From Clostridia bacterium (GTDB lineage Bacteria > Bacillota > Clostridia > Oscillospirales > Acutalibacteraceae), in NCBI GenBank assembly GCA_017476565.1, contig JAFUZN010000077.1:1-63520 (forward strand): a DNA stretch of 63,520 nt, in the 5' to 3' direction. The translations under genes and the position numbers were made by a program. Positions 45,758-55,002 of the stretch are shown in pieces. The number at the start of each line of letters is the position of its first letter. Within the stretch, counting starts at the first letter, position 1. Below the pieces are notes generated by a model that saw nothing but the letters and a program-made list of their open reading frames with translations, was not told the DNA's origin and did not search any database.

Positions 45758-47215
45758 ATGATCATTCATCTTATCAGCAACAACTTCGCCTATGAGATGC
45801 AAAAGCTCTCTATGGCGTTTTTTCCGGACCGGAAGGTTTCGGTCGACCCGCCGGAAGAGGCGGGGGAGACACAGTTCGTCACGGTCGCTTCCCGGGAAGT
45901 CGACGGACGGCCGGTGCTCTCCGCAGAGTTCCGCGATGAGGCGGAAAACCTCCACGCTTTCGCGGAAGAGACCGTCGCCGAAGGGGATGACCCGGAACTG
46001 GCAGCCGGCCGTGTCCTTTACCGGGTCCTCTCAGAAGTGACCGGCCTGCGCCCGAAGTGGGGAATCCTCACAGGAGTCCGCCCCTCCAAAGTCATGACGA
46101 AGCACATCGCGGACAAAGGGGAAGAAGCGGCAAAGCGGTATTTCACGGAAAACCTTTTTGTGGACCCGAAAAAGGCGGAGCTCGCTGCAGTCGTGTCCAA
46201 AGCGGAGCAGGCCATTATGAGCACGACGACAGAAGACTCCATCAGTCTCTACATCGGCATTCCCTTTTGCTCGAGCCGCTGCACTTACTGTTCCTTCGTT
46301 TCGGAAAGCATTGCCTCTCCCAGGGCGAAAAAACTGTACCCCGCTTACTTTGAAAAGCTGCTGGAAGAAGTCAAAGTCACCGGGGCCATTGCAAAAGAGA
46401 CCGGGCGGACGCTTCGGACCATTTATGTGGGCGGCGGGACTCCGTCGACGCTGACGGCCGACCAGACCCTGGCACTCCTGACGACCGTCCGGGAATCCTT
46501 TTCCTTGAAGGACTGTTCCGAACTCACTTTTGAAGCGGGGAGAGCCGACTCCATCACGGAAGAAAAGCTCCACGTCATGCTGGAGGGCGGGGCAGACCGC
46601 ATTAGCATCAACCCCCAGACCATGACAGACTCCATTTTGGAAGCGGTGGGCCGCAACCATACGGTCCAAGATGTCTACGATGTCTATGAAACAGCCCGCA
46701 AAGTGGGCTTTTCCAATATCAATATGGACCTCATTGCAGGGCTCCCGGGAGATGACCCCCAGAATTTCGAGCGATCCCTTCGTGAGATTTTGGGGCTTGA
46801 CCCGGAGTCCATAACGGTGCATACTCTTGCCTATAAACGTTCCTCCAGCCTCCTTCCGACCAAAGAACTCTTTGCAAAAGGCCGGGAGACCTCCGAAATG
46901 GTCGACACCGCCGGAGAGCTGCTGTTCGAGGCCGGTTACGCACCCTATTACATGTATCGCCAGACCCGCAGTGTCGGGAACCTCGAAAATGTAGGGTGGT
47001 CGAAACCGGGCTGTGAGAGCGCTTACAACGTCTTTATGATGGAAGAGTGCCAGGACATTTTTGCCTGCGGCGCCGGGGCCGTCACCAAAATGCTGGTCCC
47101 CGGGACCACGGACATCATCCGGGTCTTCAACTACAAATACCCTTACGAGTATGTCGACCGGTTCGACACCCTCCTTCAGAATAAGCAGAAAGTGAGAGAC
47201 TTTTATGGCAAATAA
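45758..47215 (+). CDS. hemZ: HemN-family radical SAM enzyme (coproporphyrinogen dehydrogenase HemZ-like)
   Basis: Radical SAM cluster motif GIPFCSSRCTYCSF. The N-terminal extension with NNFAYEMQKLSMAFFP is typical of HemZ. No Shine-Dalgarno sequence is visible upstream. Confidence 0.8.
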   Translation: MIIHLISNNFAYEMQKLSMAFFPDRKVSVDPPEEAGETQFVTVASREVDGRPVLSAEFRDEAENLHAFAEETVAEGDDPELAAGRVLYRVLSEVTGLRPKWGILTGVRPSKVMTKHIADKGEEAAKRYFTENLFVDPKKAELAAVVSKAEQAIMSTTTEDSISLYIGIPFCSSRCTYCSFVSESIASPRAKKLYPAYFEKLLEEVKVTGAIAKETGRTLRTIYVGGGTPSTLTADQTLALLTTVRESFSLKDCSELTFEAGRADSITEEKLHVMLEGGADRISINPQTMTDSILEAVGRNHTVQDVYDVYETARKVGFSNINMDLIAGLPGDDPQNFERSLREILGLDPESITVHTLAYKRSSSLLPTKELFAKGRETSEMVDTAGELLFEAGYAPYYMYRQTRSVGNLENVGWSKPGCESAYNVFMMEECQDIFACGAGAVTKMLVPGTTDIIRVFNYKYPYEYVDRFDTLLQNKQKVRDFYGK

Positions 47216-49001
47216 GAACCGCGCCCAGGGGCAGTCCCTGCTCAGCGGCGCGATGCTTCTGATGATGACCACCGTCATCGTCCACGTCATCGGGATCATT
47301 TACAAGATTCCTCTGACCGCCATCCTGGGTCCTGTGGGCCGCGGGTATTTCACCAATGCCTACGAGATCTACACACCCCTCTATGCGATCTCTATGGCCG
47401 GCCTTCCGGTGGCCCTGTCCAAAATGGTCGCCGAGCGAATGGCCACCGGTAAATACCGGGAGGTCCATGCCATCCGGAGCGAAGCGCGTAAGCTCTACTT
47501 CATCACCGGTTTGGCGGGCACCGTCATTCTCTGGGCCCTGGCCTGGCCTTATACTCACTCCAGTGTCTTCATCAATACTCCGGAGGCCTTCTGGAGCATC
47601 CTGATGATCGCCCCATCCATTCTGTTTGCCTGCATGATGTCCTCTTACCGGGGCTATTATGAGGGCCTTCGGAACATGGCGCCCACCGGTTACTCCCAGG
47701 TCTTCGAGACCATCGGAAAACTGGTCTTCGGCCTCATTCTGGCCAAGTGGGTCCAGATCCACGGCCTTGCCCAGTTCAAGGCCGGACAGCCGGTCTACGG
47801 AGTCGTCTGTAAGAATGGGGAAGAAGCCGCCAGCGCCATTGCCCCCTTCAGTGCGGCTGCCGCCATTGCCGGTGTCACCATCGGCACCATCCTCGGGCTC
47901 CTCTATCTGCTCATTCGGCACAAAACCATCGGTGACGGCATCACTCAGGAGATGCTGCTGAGCTCTCCGGAACCGGAAAAGGGAAAGAGCCTTCGAAGCC
48001 AGATTATTCGCTTCGCCATTCCCGTGGTCACCAGTTCGCTGGTCCTGAATGTCACAAACTTCATTGACGCCTGGACCGTCAACAACCGGGTCCTGGCAGC
48101 CGTTCACAAAGCGCCGGAAGTCTTCCACAAAATGTATGCAGCCGAACTGGCCGCTTCCAATGTCCTCGACAAGGACATCAAAAGCTTCCTCTACGGCGCT
48201 TACGGTGTCGCTCTGGACTTCCGAAACCTCATTCCGACCATCATCATGGCTCTTGGCCTCAGTGCCATCCCGGTCCTCTCCGGAGCCTGGGCCACCAAGG
48301 ACCAGGCCAAAATGAAGTCCGCCATTCAGACTGTCCTCAAGACAACGACCCTTCTGGCAGTCCCCACCGGTTTTGTCATGGCAGCTCTTTCAGAGCCGGT
48401 CCTGCGTATTCTTTACGTGGGGACTAACGCAGAGTCCACCATCAGCATCTCGGCACCCTTCGTCGCGATTTACGGCATTTTCGCCCTTATCCTTTCGGTG
48501 TCGACCCCCATCACCAACATGCTCCAGGCCATTGGCCGGGCCGATGTCCCGCTGAAGGCGCTGCTCATCGGGGCCTCCGCCAAGATCGTCTGTGACTTCA
48601 CTCTTTGCAGCATCCCTTCCATCAACATCAAGGGGGCCCCGGTAGGGACCATCGTCTGTTACCTTTACATCGTCACCCACAACCTCATCGTGCTTCTGAA
48701 GGAGACGAAGGTCAAAGTGGACTGGGTAAGTGTCGTTTTGAAGCCCTTTGCCGCCGGTGCTCTGGCCGGGGGAGTGGCCTACGGTTTCTATGAGCTCTTT
48801 GTCCGGGTCTTCCCGGAAGGTGCTCCCGGTTCCCGAATGGCCGGTTTCACCTGGGCGACCCTCCTTTCTCTGGTACTTTCTGTACTATTGTGGGTGGTTT
48901 TTCTCGGGATGTTACGGGTTTTGACTTCCCAGGACATCGAAAGCCTTCCAAAAGGCAAAAAAATCGCAAAAGTACTTGAAAAAATGCATGTTATCGGGTA
49001 A
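47205..49001 (+). CDS. MOP-superfamily flippase (YabM/SpoVB/MurJ-like)
   Basis: About 14 TM segments. N-terminus GAMLLMMTTVIVHVIGIIYKIPLTAILGPVGRGYFTNAYEIYTPLYAISMAGLPVALSKMVAE. It sits upstream of hup-yabO-divIC-yabR, as yabM does in Bacillus. Confidence 0.75.
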   Translation: MANKNRAQGQSLLSGAMLLMMTTVIVHVIGIIYKIPLTAILGPVGRGYFTNAYEIYTPLYAISMAGLPVALSKMVAERMATGKYREVHAIRSEARKLYFITGLAGTVILWALAWPYTHSSVFINTPEAFWSILMIAPSILFACMMSSYRGYYEGLRNMAPTGYSQVFETIGKLVFGLILAKWVQIHGLAQFKAGQPVYGVVCKNGEEAASAIAPFSAAAAIAGVTIGTILGLLYLLIRHKTIGDGITQEMLLSSPEPEKGKSLRSQIIRFAIPVVTSSLVLNVTNFIDAWTVNNRVLAAVHKAPEVFHKMYAAELAASNVLDKDIKSFLYGAYGVALDFRNLIPTIIMALGLSAIPVLSGAWATKDQAKMKSAIQTVLKTTTLLAVPTGFVMAALSEPVLRILYVGTNAESTISISAPFVAIYGIFALILSVSTPITNMLQAIGRADVPLKALLIGASAKIVCDFTLCSIPSINIKGAPVGTIVCYLYIVTHNLIVLLKETKVKVDWVSVVLKPFAAGALAGGVAYGFYELFVRVFPEGAPGSRMAGFTWATLLSLVLSVLLWVVFLGMLRVLTSQDIESLPKGKKIAKVLEKMHVIG

Positions 49002-49088
49002 TATGTTTGAGGTATGAGTCTACTACATCTTGTGGTCAGCACTCAACTCATTCAATAGTTTTGAAAATGAAAAATGGAGGATTCAATC

Positions 49089-49361
49089 ATGAATAAGACT
49101 GATCTTGTCAATGCTGTTGCAGCAGAAACCGGTTTCACCAAAAAGGACGCTGAAAAAGCCGTTGCTTCCGTTCTCGATTCCATCACTGAAGCTCTCAAGG
49201 CCGGTGAAAAAGTCCAGCTGGTCGGCTTTGGTACTTTCGAAGTCCGCAACCGTGCTGCTAAGCAGGGCCACAACCCCAGAACCGGCGAGCCGATGACCGT
49301 TCCGGCATCCAAGCTTCCCGCTTTCAAAGCCGGCAAAGCCCTCAAGGACGCTGTGAAATAA
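49089..49361 (+). CDS. hup: DNA-binding protein HU
   Basis: The ATG at 49089 follows [31 protein letters not shown]...[44 protein letters not shown]. Confidence 0.95.
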   Translation: MNKTDLVNAVAAETGFTKKDAEKAVASVLDSITEALKAGEKVQLVGFGTFEVRNRAAKQGHNPRTGEPMTVPASKLPAFKAGKALKDAVK

Positions 49362-49385
49362 GCAGATTCTTATTATGGTTATTCG

Positions 49386-49419
49386 ACCGGGAGGAACCAC
49401 ATCGTTCCTCCCGGTTTTT
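49386..49419 (+). terminator. intrinsic terminator of hup
   Basis: ACCGGGAGGAAC-CACATC-GTTCCTCCCGGT followed by TTTTT. Confidence 0.9.
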
Positions 49420-49439
49420 CCTTAAAGGAGCAAAGAAAC

Positions 49440-49679
49440 ATGAGATTAGACAAATACCTGAAGGTCTCAAGACTCGTCAAACGCCGCACGGTAGCCAATG
49501 AGCTCTGTGACGCCAAACACGTCACCGTTAACGGGAAAGTGGCCCGTGCCTCCTACGATGTCAAAGTGGGGGACGAGATCGAGATCACTATGGGCACCCG
49601 GGTCATCCGTGCCAAAGTCCTGACCGTAGTGGAGCATGCCACCAAGGAGACTGCAGGGGACATGTATCAACTTTTATAA
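49440..49679 (+). CDS. S4-domain RNA-binding protein (YabO-like)
   Basis: MRLDKYLKVSRLVKRRTVANELCDAKHVTVNGKVARASYDVKVGDEIEI. Confidence 0.85.
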   Translation: MRLDKYLKVSRLVKRRTVANELCDAKHVTVNGKVARASYDVKVGDEIEITMGTRVIRAKVLTVVEHATKETAGDMYQLL

Positions 49680-49786
49680 CTTGTTTAAAGATTGTCGAAA
49701 CAAACTTGCCTTACCGAATTAAATTGAGTATAATCTACTTTGATTATGAGATTGGAGAAAGATAGAACGAAAGGAAGGTCCTCATA

Positions 49787-50092
49787 TTGGCAAATCGAAC
49801 CGGCAAAGCGGGGAAACGCAATTACAGCTTTCTTCTGACCCTTGCTTCCATTGCTATCCTTGGGTACTTAGTGATTTCGATGTTTTCCCTTCAGTTTCAG
49901 ATCAGCGAAAAAACAAAAGAGGTGGAGGCAGCCCAACAGGACCTGGCTTCAGCGCAGGCTGAGAACCGGGAACTGAAAGAGCTCGCCGAAGAAGAGGATG
50001 AGAAGACCTATATGGAGCGCATCGCCAGAGATGTACTCGGTTATGTCCTGCCCGGCGAAAGCGTCTATTATGACGTCTCCACGGCCAATTGA
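49787..50092 (+). CDS. septum formation initiator (DivIC/FtsB family)
   Basis: TTG start 8 nt after AAAGGAAGG. One TM segment, a coiled coil (EKTKEVEAAQQDLASAQAENRELKEL), and YMERIARDVLGYVLPGE. Confidence 0.75.
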   Translation: MANRTGKAGKRNYSFLLTLASIAILGYLVISMFSLQFQISEKTKEVEAAQQDLASAQAENRELKELAEEEDEKTYMERIARDVLGYVLPGESVYYDVSTAN

Positions 50093-50121
50093 AGCATGAG
50101 AGGGAGGCTTTTGGCTCGTTT

Positions 50122-50607
50122 ATGGCACTGGAATTAGGAGAAATCGTAGAGGGAAAAGTGACCGGACTCACCAAGTTTGGGGCATTTGTCAGTCTTCCGG
50201 AAGAAAAGGTCGGCATGATCCATATTTCGGAGGTTTCTACGACATATGTCAAAGACATTGCTGAATTTCTGGAAAAGGGACAGACCGTCAAGGTCAAGGT
50301 CCTGAACATCGATGAAAACGGAAAGATCAGCCTGTCACTCAAGCAGGTGCCGGAAAACGCCGAAGCCACCAAAAAGGCCACTTCCCGGGACCGGGGTCAG
50401 GGAGAGCGCCGGGAGAAAAAGCGCTCTGCACCCAACGTCTGGCAGGGACAGAAGTCCAAGTATGCCGACAAAGATGACCTCACCTTTGAAGAGATGATGT
50501 CTCAGTTCAAGCAGCAGTCCGATGACAAGCTCACGGACCTCAAACGGGCCACCGAGTCCAAGCACGGCGGTTTTTCCCGTCGCGGGGGTAACAAGCGTTA
50601 CGGCTGA
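50122..50607 (+). CDS. S1 RNA-binding domain protein (YabR-like)
   Basis: LELGEIVEGKVTGLTKFGAFVSLPEEKVGMIHISEVS...VKVKVLNIDENGKISLSLKQ. The start is uncertain (TTG 50089 or ATG 50122). Confidence 0.8.
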   Translation: MALELGEIVEGKVTGLTKFGAFVSLPEEKVGMIHISEVSTTYVKDIAEFLEKGQTVKVKVLNIDENGKISLSLKQVPENAEATKKATSRDRGQGERREKKRSAPNVWQGQKSKYADKDDLTFEEMMSQFKQQSDDKLTDLKRATESKHGGFSRRGGNKRYG

Positions 50608-50634
50608 GCCCAATCATCAATTATAAGAAAAAGC

Positions 50635-50666
50635 ACACCGGAGCATCTATAAGCTCCGGTGTTTTT
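50635..50666 (+). terminator. intrinsic terminator
   Basis: ACACCGGAGC-ATCTATAA-GCTCCGGTGT followed by TTTT. Confidence 0.85.
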
Positions 50667-50710
50667 ATGTTATAATAAAACTGCCAAGAAACCTTAAAGG
50701 AGGTAGCCAT

Positions 50711-51244
50711 ATGAAAACTACGATCGTTGGCAGAAAATGCACCCCGAAAGAGTCCTTCAAAGACCATGCCGAAAAGAAACTTCAGAAAATCGACAAGTTC
50801 TTCGGCGGAGAAGGGTCCGCAAAGATCACTGCTTCCGTGAATAAAAATAATACTACCACCGTGGAACTCACGGTCCAGAACGCAGGCCTGTTCTTCCGTT
50901 CTCAGGCAACCGACGGAGATATGACGGTGGCCCTCGACAAATGTGTCGACAACCTCATCCGTCAGATCCGAAAGAACAAGACGAAGGTCGAGAAAAAACT
51001 CAAATCCGGCAACTTCGATGCCATTGTGGCAGACGTCCCCCTGGAAGAAGAGGAAACCGAGTATAAACTGGTCCGTCAGAAGAACATCGTCATCAAACCC
51101 CAGACGGTGGAAGAGGCCATTTTGCAGATGAACCTTCTCGAGCACGATTTCTATCTCTTTGAGAACATCGATACCGGGGACATCAACGTCGTCTATTCCC
51201 GGAAAGAGGGAGGCTACGGCCTTCTGGAGCCGGAAAAAGAATGA
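50711..51244 (+). CDS. hpf: ribosome hibernation-promoting factor (long HPF)
   Basis: RBS AAAGGAGG. It has the RaiA/S30AE N-terminal domain and the C-terminal dimerisation domain (IVIKPQTVEEAILQMNLLEHDFYLFEN). Confidence 0.88.
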   Translation: MKTTIVGRKCTPKESFKDHAEKKLQKIDKFFGGEGSAKITASVNKNNTTTVELTVQNAGLFFRSQATDGDMTVALDKCVDNLIRQIRKNKTKVEKKLKSGNFDAIVADVPLEEEETEYKLVRQKNIVIKPQTVEEAILQMNLLEHDFYLFENIDTGDINVVYSRKEGGYGLLEPEKE

Positions 51245-52356
51245 AGCATACATTCGTTGTCCCATGCCTGATGGGAGTGGAAAGTCTCATCGCAAACGAA
51301 CTGAAAGAGTTGGGAGCAGAAAACGTCCGGGCGGAAAACGCCCGGGTGTTTTTCGAAGGGGATGAACACATCCTTGCCCGGGCCAACATCTGTCTGCGCC
51401 ATGCAGAGAGAGTCCAGGTCTTACTGGGGACTTTCAAAGCCGTCACCTTCGAAGAACTGTTCCAGGGGGTCAAAGCACTTCCCTTAGAGAACTGGGTCGG
51501 GAAGGACGATGCCTTCCCGGTGAAAGGCTACTCTTTGAACTCCAAACTCTTCAGTGTGCGGGACTGTCAGGCCATCATCAAAAAGGCGATGGTGGAACGG
51601 CTCAAAACGGTCTATAAAGTGCCCTGGTTTTCCGAAACCGGGGCCACTTATCAAGTCCAGTTCTCCATTTTGAAAGATGAAGTCACCCTGACCATCGACA
51701 CTACCGGCGCCGGCCTTCACAAACGGGGTTACCGGCTCCATGCCGGAGGCGCTCCCATTAAAGAGACCCTGGCGTCTTCGCTCATCGATGTCGCCCGCGT
51801 CCGGGACTTCCACACCCTCTATGACCCCATGTGCGGCTCCGGCACCATTCTCATTGAGGGGGCCCTGAAAGCCCTGAACATGGCCCCCGGAGTGAATCGT
51901 CACTTCCGGGCGGAAAGCTTCTCCCAATTCCCGAAGGAAGTCTGGGAAGAGGAGAGAGAACGTGCCAGAGACCTTGTCAACACCGACTGCAGCTTCCACG
52001 CCTACGGCTCCGACCTTGACCCGGAGGTCCTGGAAATCGCGAAAGAGAACGCCAGACGGGCCGGAGTGGAAGACCGCATCACCTTTGAAGTCAGCGATTT
52101 AAAAGACTTTAAAAAGCAGTCCGATCGGGGCACTGTCATCTGCAACCCGCCTTACGGAGAACGGCTTCTCGAAATCAAAGAAGCGGAAGACCTCTACCGG
52201 ACCATGGGGAAGGTCTTCCAGAGAGAACGGGGCTGGGCCTACTATATCATCAGTCCCTCCGAAGACTTTGAGAAGCTCTTCGGCCGGAGAGCCGACAAGC
52301 GTCGTAAACTCTATAACGGCATGATCAAATGCCAGTATTACATGTACTTCAAGTAA
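51241..52356 (+). CDS. THUMP-domain class I SAM-dependent RNA methyltransferase (RlmL/YpsC-like)
   Basis: ATGA overlap with hpf. SAM-binding DPMCGSGTILIE and catalytic CNPPYGERL. Confidence 0.85.
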   Translation: MKHTFVVPCLMGVESLIANELKELGAENVRAENARVFFEGDEHILARANICLRHAERVQVLLGTFKAVTFEELFQGVKALPLENWVGKDDAFPVKGYSLNSKLFSVRDCQAIIKKAMVERLKTVYKVPWFSETGATYQVQFSILKDEVTLTIDTTGAGLHKRGYRLHAGGAPIKETLASSLIDVARVRDFHTLYDPMCGSGTILIEGALKALNMAPGVNRHFRAESFSQFPKEVWEEERERARDLVNTDCSFHAYGSDLDPEVLEIAKENARRAGVEDRITFEVSDLKDFKKQSDRGTVICNPPYGERLLEIKEAEDLYRTMGKVFQRERGWAYYIISPSEDFEKLFGRRADKRRKLYNGMIKCQYYMYFK

Positions 52357-52369
52357 GGAGTCCATCGCC

Positions 52370-53740
52370 ATGGCGAAAGTAAAGTCCATCTATGTCTGCC
52401 AAAACTGCGGGTATGAAAACCCCAAATGGTACGGCAAATGTCCCCAGTGCGGAGAGTGGGACACCATGCAGGAAGAGGTCCGTTCTTCCGAGAAGCCGAA
52501 GGCCCAGGCCGGAGGCATCGGAGGCGGCACCCGGGGTGTGGCCCAGAAGCTCTCCGAGATCGAGACCGTGGGAGAACACCGGTACCAGACGGGCCTTTCC
52601 GAATTCGACCGGGTCCTGGGCGGCGGCATCGTCAAAGGGTCAGTAGTCCTGCTGACCGGCGACCCCGGCATCGGAAAGTCCACCATCCTTCTGCAGGTCT
52701 GTCAGACCCTGGGGAAGGAAGAGAAGGTCCTCTACGCCTCCGGAGAGGAAAGCCCCCATCAGATCAAACTGCGGGCCGACCGGCTGGGAGTCACCAGCGA
52801 GAACCTCTCCATAATGTGTGAGACCGATGTGGAACTCATTGTCGAGACCATTCGCAGTCAGAAGCCGGACATCGTCATCATCGACTCCATCCAAACCATG
52901 ATGCTCAGCGAGCTATCTTCTTCCGCCGGCAGCATCACCCAGGTCCGGGAGTGCACGAACATGCTGCTCCGGGCCGCCAAAGGCTTAGACATCCCCGTAA
53001 TCATCGTCGGGCACGTCAACAAAGACGGGAACATCGCCGGCCCCAAAGTGCTGGAGCACATCGTGGACACGGTTTTGTACTTTGAAGGAGAGAAGAACTA
53101 CTCCTACCGTATTTTACGGGCTGCCAAGAACCGGTTCGGTTCCACCAATGAGATCGGCGTCTTCGAAATGATGGACCTTGGTCTCCGACAGGTGGAAAAC
53201 CCCTCGAAAATGATGCTGGAGGGCCGTCCCGCCAATTCTAGCGGTTCCTGTGTTGCCTGTGTCATGGAGGGCATGCGGCCCATTCTGGCGGAAGTCCAGG
53301 GGCTCGCCACCTCCTCCAACTTCGGTAACCCCCGACGCATGGCCAACGGCTATGACTTCAACCGGCTCAACGTCATCCTGGCGGTGCTGGAGAAGAGGGG
53401 AGGGTACTATTTCTCCAATATGGATGTGTACCTGAATGTCATCGGCGGCATCAAACTCTTCGAACCGGCCGCCGACCTGTCAGTGGCCCTGTCCCTGGTC
53501 TCCAGCCTGAAGGAGGCCGTCGTCCCGGACGATGTCCTCGCCTTCGGTGAAATCGGCCTTGCCGGAGAAGTCCGCTCCGTCGGCTTCTGCGAGCAGAGGG
53601 TCAAAGAGGCTATCCGCCTCGGCTTTCACAAGATCATCATCCCCAAAGACAACCTGCGGCACCTCTCCAAAGAGACCCTGGCCTCCGCAGAGATCATCGG
53701 GGTCCAGTATATCTCCCAGGCCTTCCAGGCCGCACTGTAA
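52370..53740 (+). CDS. radA: DNA repair protein RadA/Sms
   Basis: Zinc finger YVCQNCGYENPKWYGKCPQCGEW, Walker A GDPGIGKST, KNRFG motif, and a Lon-like C-terminal domain. Confidence 0.93.
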   Translation: MAKVKSIYVCQNCGYENPKWYGKCPQCGEWDTMQEEVRSSEKPKAQAGGIGGGTRGVAQKLSEIETVGEHRYQTGLSEFDRVLGGGIVKGSVVLLTGDPGIGKSTILLQVCQTLGKEEKVLYASGEESPHQIKLRADRLGVTSENLSIMCETDVELIVETIRSQKPDIVIIDSIQTMMLSELSSSAGSITQVRECTNMLLRAAKGLDIPVIIVGHVNKDGNIAGPKVLEHIVDTVLYFEGEKNYSYRILRAAKNRFGSTNEIGVFEMMDLGLRQVENPSKMMLEGRPANSSGSCVACVMEGMRPILAEVQGLATSSNFGNPRRMANGYDFNRLNVILAVLEKRGGYYFSNMDVYLNVIGGIKLFEPAADLSVALSLVSSLKEAVVPDDVLAFGEIGLAGEVRSVGFCEQRVKEAIRLGFHKIIIPKDNLRHLSKETLASAEIIGVQYISQAFQAAL

Positions 53741-53764
53741 ATCGCCCACAGGAGGAACAGGAAA

Positions 53765-54949
53765 ATGTACACTAGAGAAGATGTTTTGACCTTTGTCGAA
53801 GAAGAGGACGTCAAGTTCATCCGCCTCGCCTTTGTCGATATTTACGGAAAACAGAAGAACATCGCCATCCTGCCGGGAGAGCTGAAGAGAGCCTTCACGG
53901 AAGGCATTCCCTTTGCGTCCAGCAACATTGACGGGTTCAAGGAGTACGCGCTTTCAGACCTCTACCTGCACCCGGACCCTTCGACCCTCTCTATTTTGCC
54001 CTGGAGACCCTCTAACGGCCGCGTTGTCCGCATGTTCTGCAACGTGACTTACCCGGACGGTACCCCCTTTGAAGGCGATTCACGGAGCATTTTACAGGCT
54101 GCCATTCAGTACTCCCAGGACAATGGGGTCAACTGCACCTTCGGCAACGAAAGTGAGTTCTACCTTTTCAAGACCGACGAAGAGGGGAGACCCACGAAGG
54201 AGCCCTTCGACGAAGCCGGTTACCTGGACATTGCCCCGGAAGACAAAGGAGAAAACGTTCGTCGGGAGATCTGCTTTACCCTGAGCGACATGGGCATTGT
54301 CCCGGAAAGCTCTCACCATGAAGCCGGGCCCGGACAGAACGAAGTGGACTTCCGCTATTCCGACCCGCTGACGGCAGCAGAAGATGCGCTGAGCCTTCGG
54401 GCGGTCATCAAGACCATCGCCATGCGCAACGGTCTCTTTGCAGACTTCTCTCCGAAGCCCCTGGAAGACCACAGCGGCAACGGCATGCACATCAACATCA
54501 TGGTCCATGCCACCGATGGAGAAGACAAACTCCGCTCCTTCATGGCGGGCATTCTGAAACACATTGAAGAGATCACTTTCTTCTTGAACCCCACGGAAGA
54601 GTCTTACCGGCGGTTCGGGGAAAAGAAAGCTCCTATCTATATCACCTGGTCCAGTGAGGCCCGTTCCCAGCTGATCATGATCCCCGAGTGCTCGAGAGCC
54701 CGGCGGCACCTGAAACTGCGCTCCCCTGACTCCGGAGCAAACCCGTACATCGCCTACGCGTTGCTCATTTATGCCGGCCTCGACGGCGTCCTCAACAACA
54801 TGGACCCGGGAGAGCCCACCGACCTGGACCTCACCGGCGAAGAAGACTTGCCGAAGCTGCCGCTTACGTTGGAAGACGCCCGGGAAAAAGCCCTCGGGTC
54901 AGCCTTCGTTCGGAACATTCTGGGAGACGACTATTTGAAGTTGTTCTAA
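53765..54949 (+). CDS. glutamine-synthetase-like protein (short; several catalytic positions substituted)
   Basis: Collinear with type I GS (GNESEFYLF, SSHHEAGPGQNEVDF, SGNGMHIN, ESYRRF). Three positions differ from the consensus as I recall it: KKAP in place of YEAP, IMIP in place of IRIP, and HLKLRSPD in place of RVEVRSVD. The C-terminus is also about 35-50 aa shorter than B. subtilis GlnA. Confidence 0.7.
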   Translation: MYTREDVLTFVEEEDVKFIRLAFVDIYGKQKNIAILPGELKRAFTEGIPFASSNIDGFKEYALSDLYLHPDPSTLSILPWRPSNGRVVRMFCNVTYPDGTPFEGDSRSILQAAIQYSQDNGVNCTFGNESEFYLFKTDEEGRPTKEPFDEAGYLDIAPEDKGENVRREICFTLSDMGIVPESSHHEAGPGQNEVDFRYSDPLTAAEDALSLRAVIKTIAMRNGLFADFSPKPLEDHSGNGMHINIMVHATDGEDKLRSFMAGILKHIEEITFFLNPTEESYRRFGEKKAPIYITWSSEARSQLIMIPECSRARRHLKLRSPDSGANPYIAYALLIYAGLDGVLNNMDPGEPTDLDLTGEEDLPKLPLTLEDAREKALGSAFVRNILGDDYLKLF

Positions 54950-55002
54950 AGGGGCATTACAAAGATTTCGCCCCTCGTTACAAGGAAAAGAGGTGATACC
55001 GC

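Noticed and set aside
45754-45759. TATAAT just before hemZ as its promoter -10 box.
   Set aside because: The hexamer overlaps the ATG (45758), so a transcript initiated from it could not include the start codon. This is a coincidental match.
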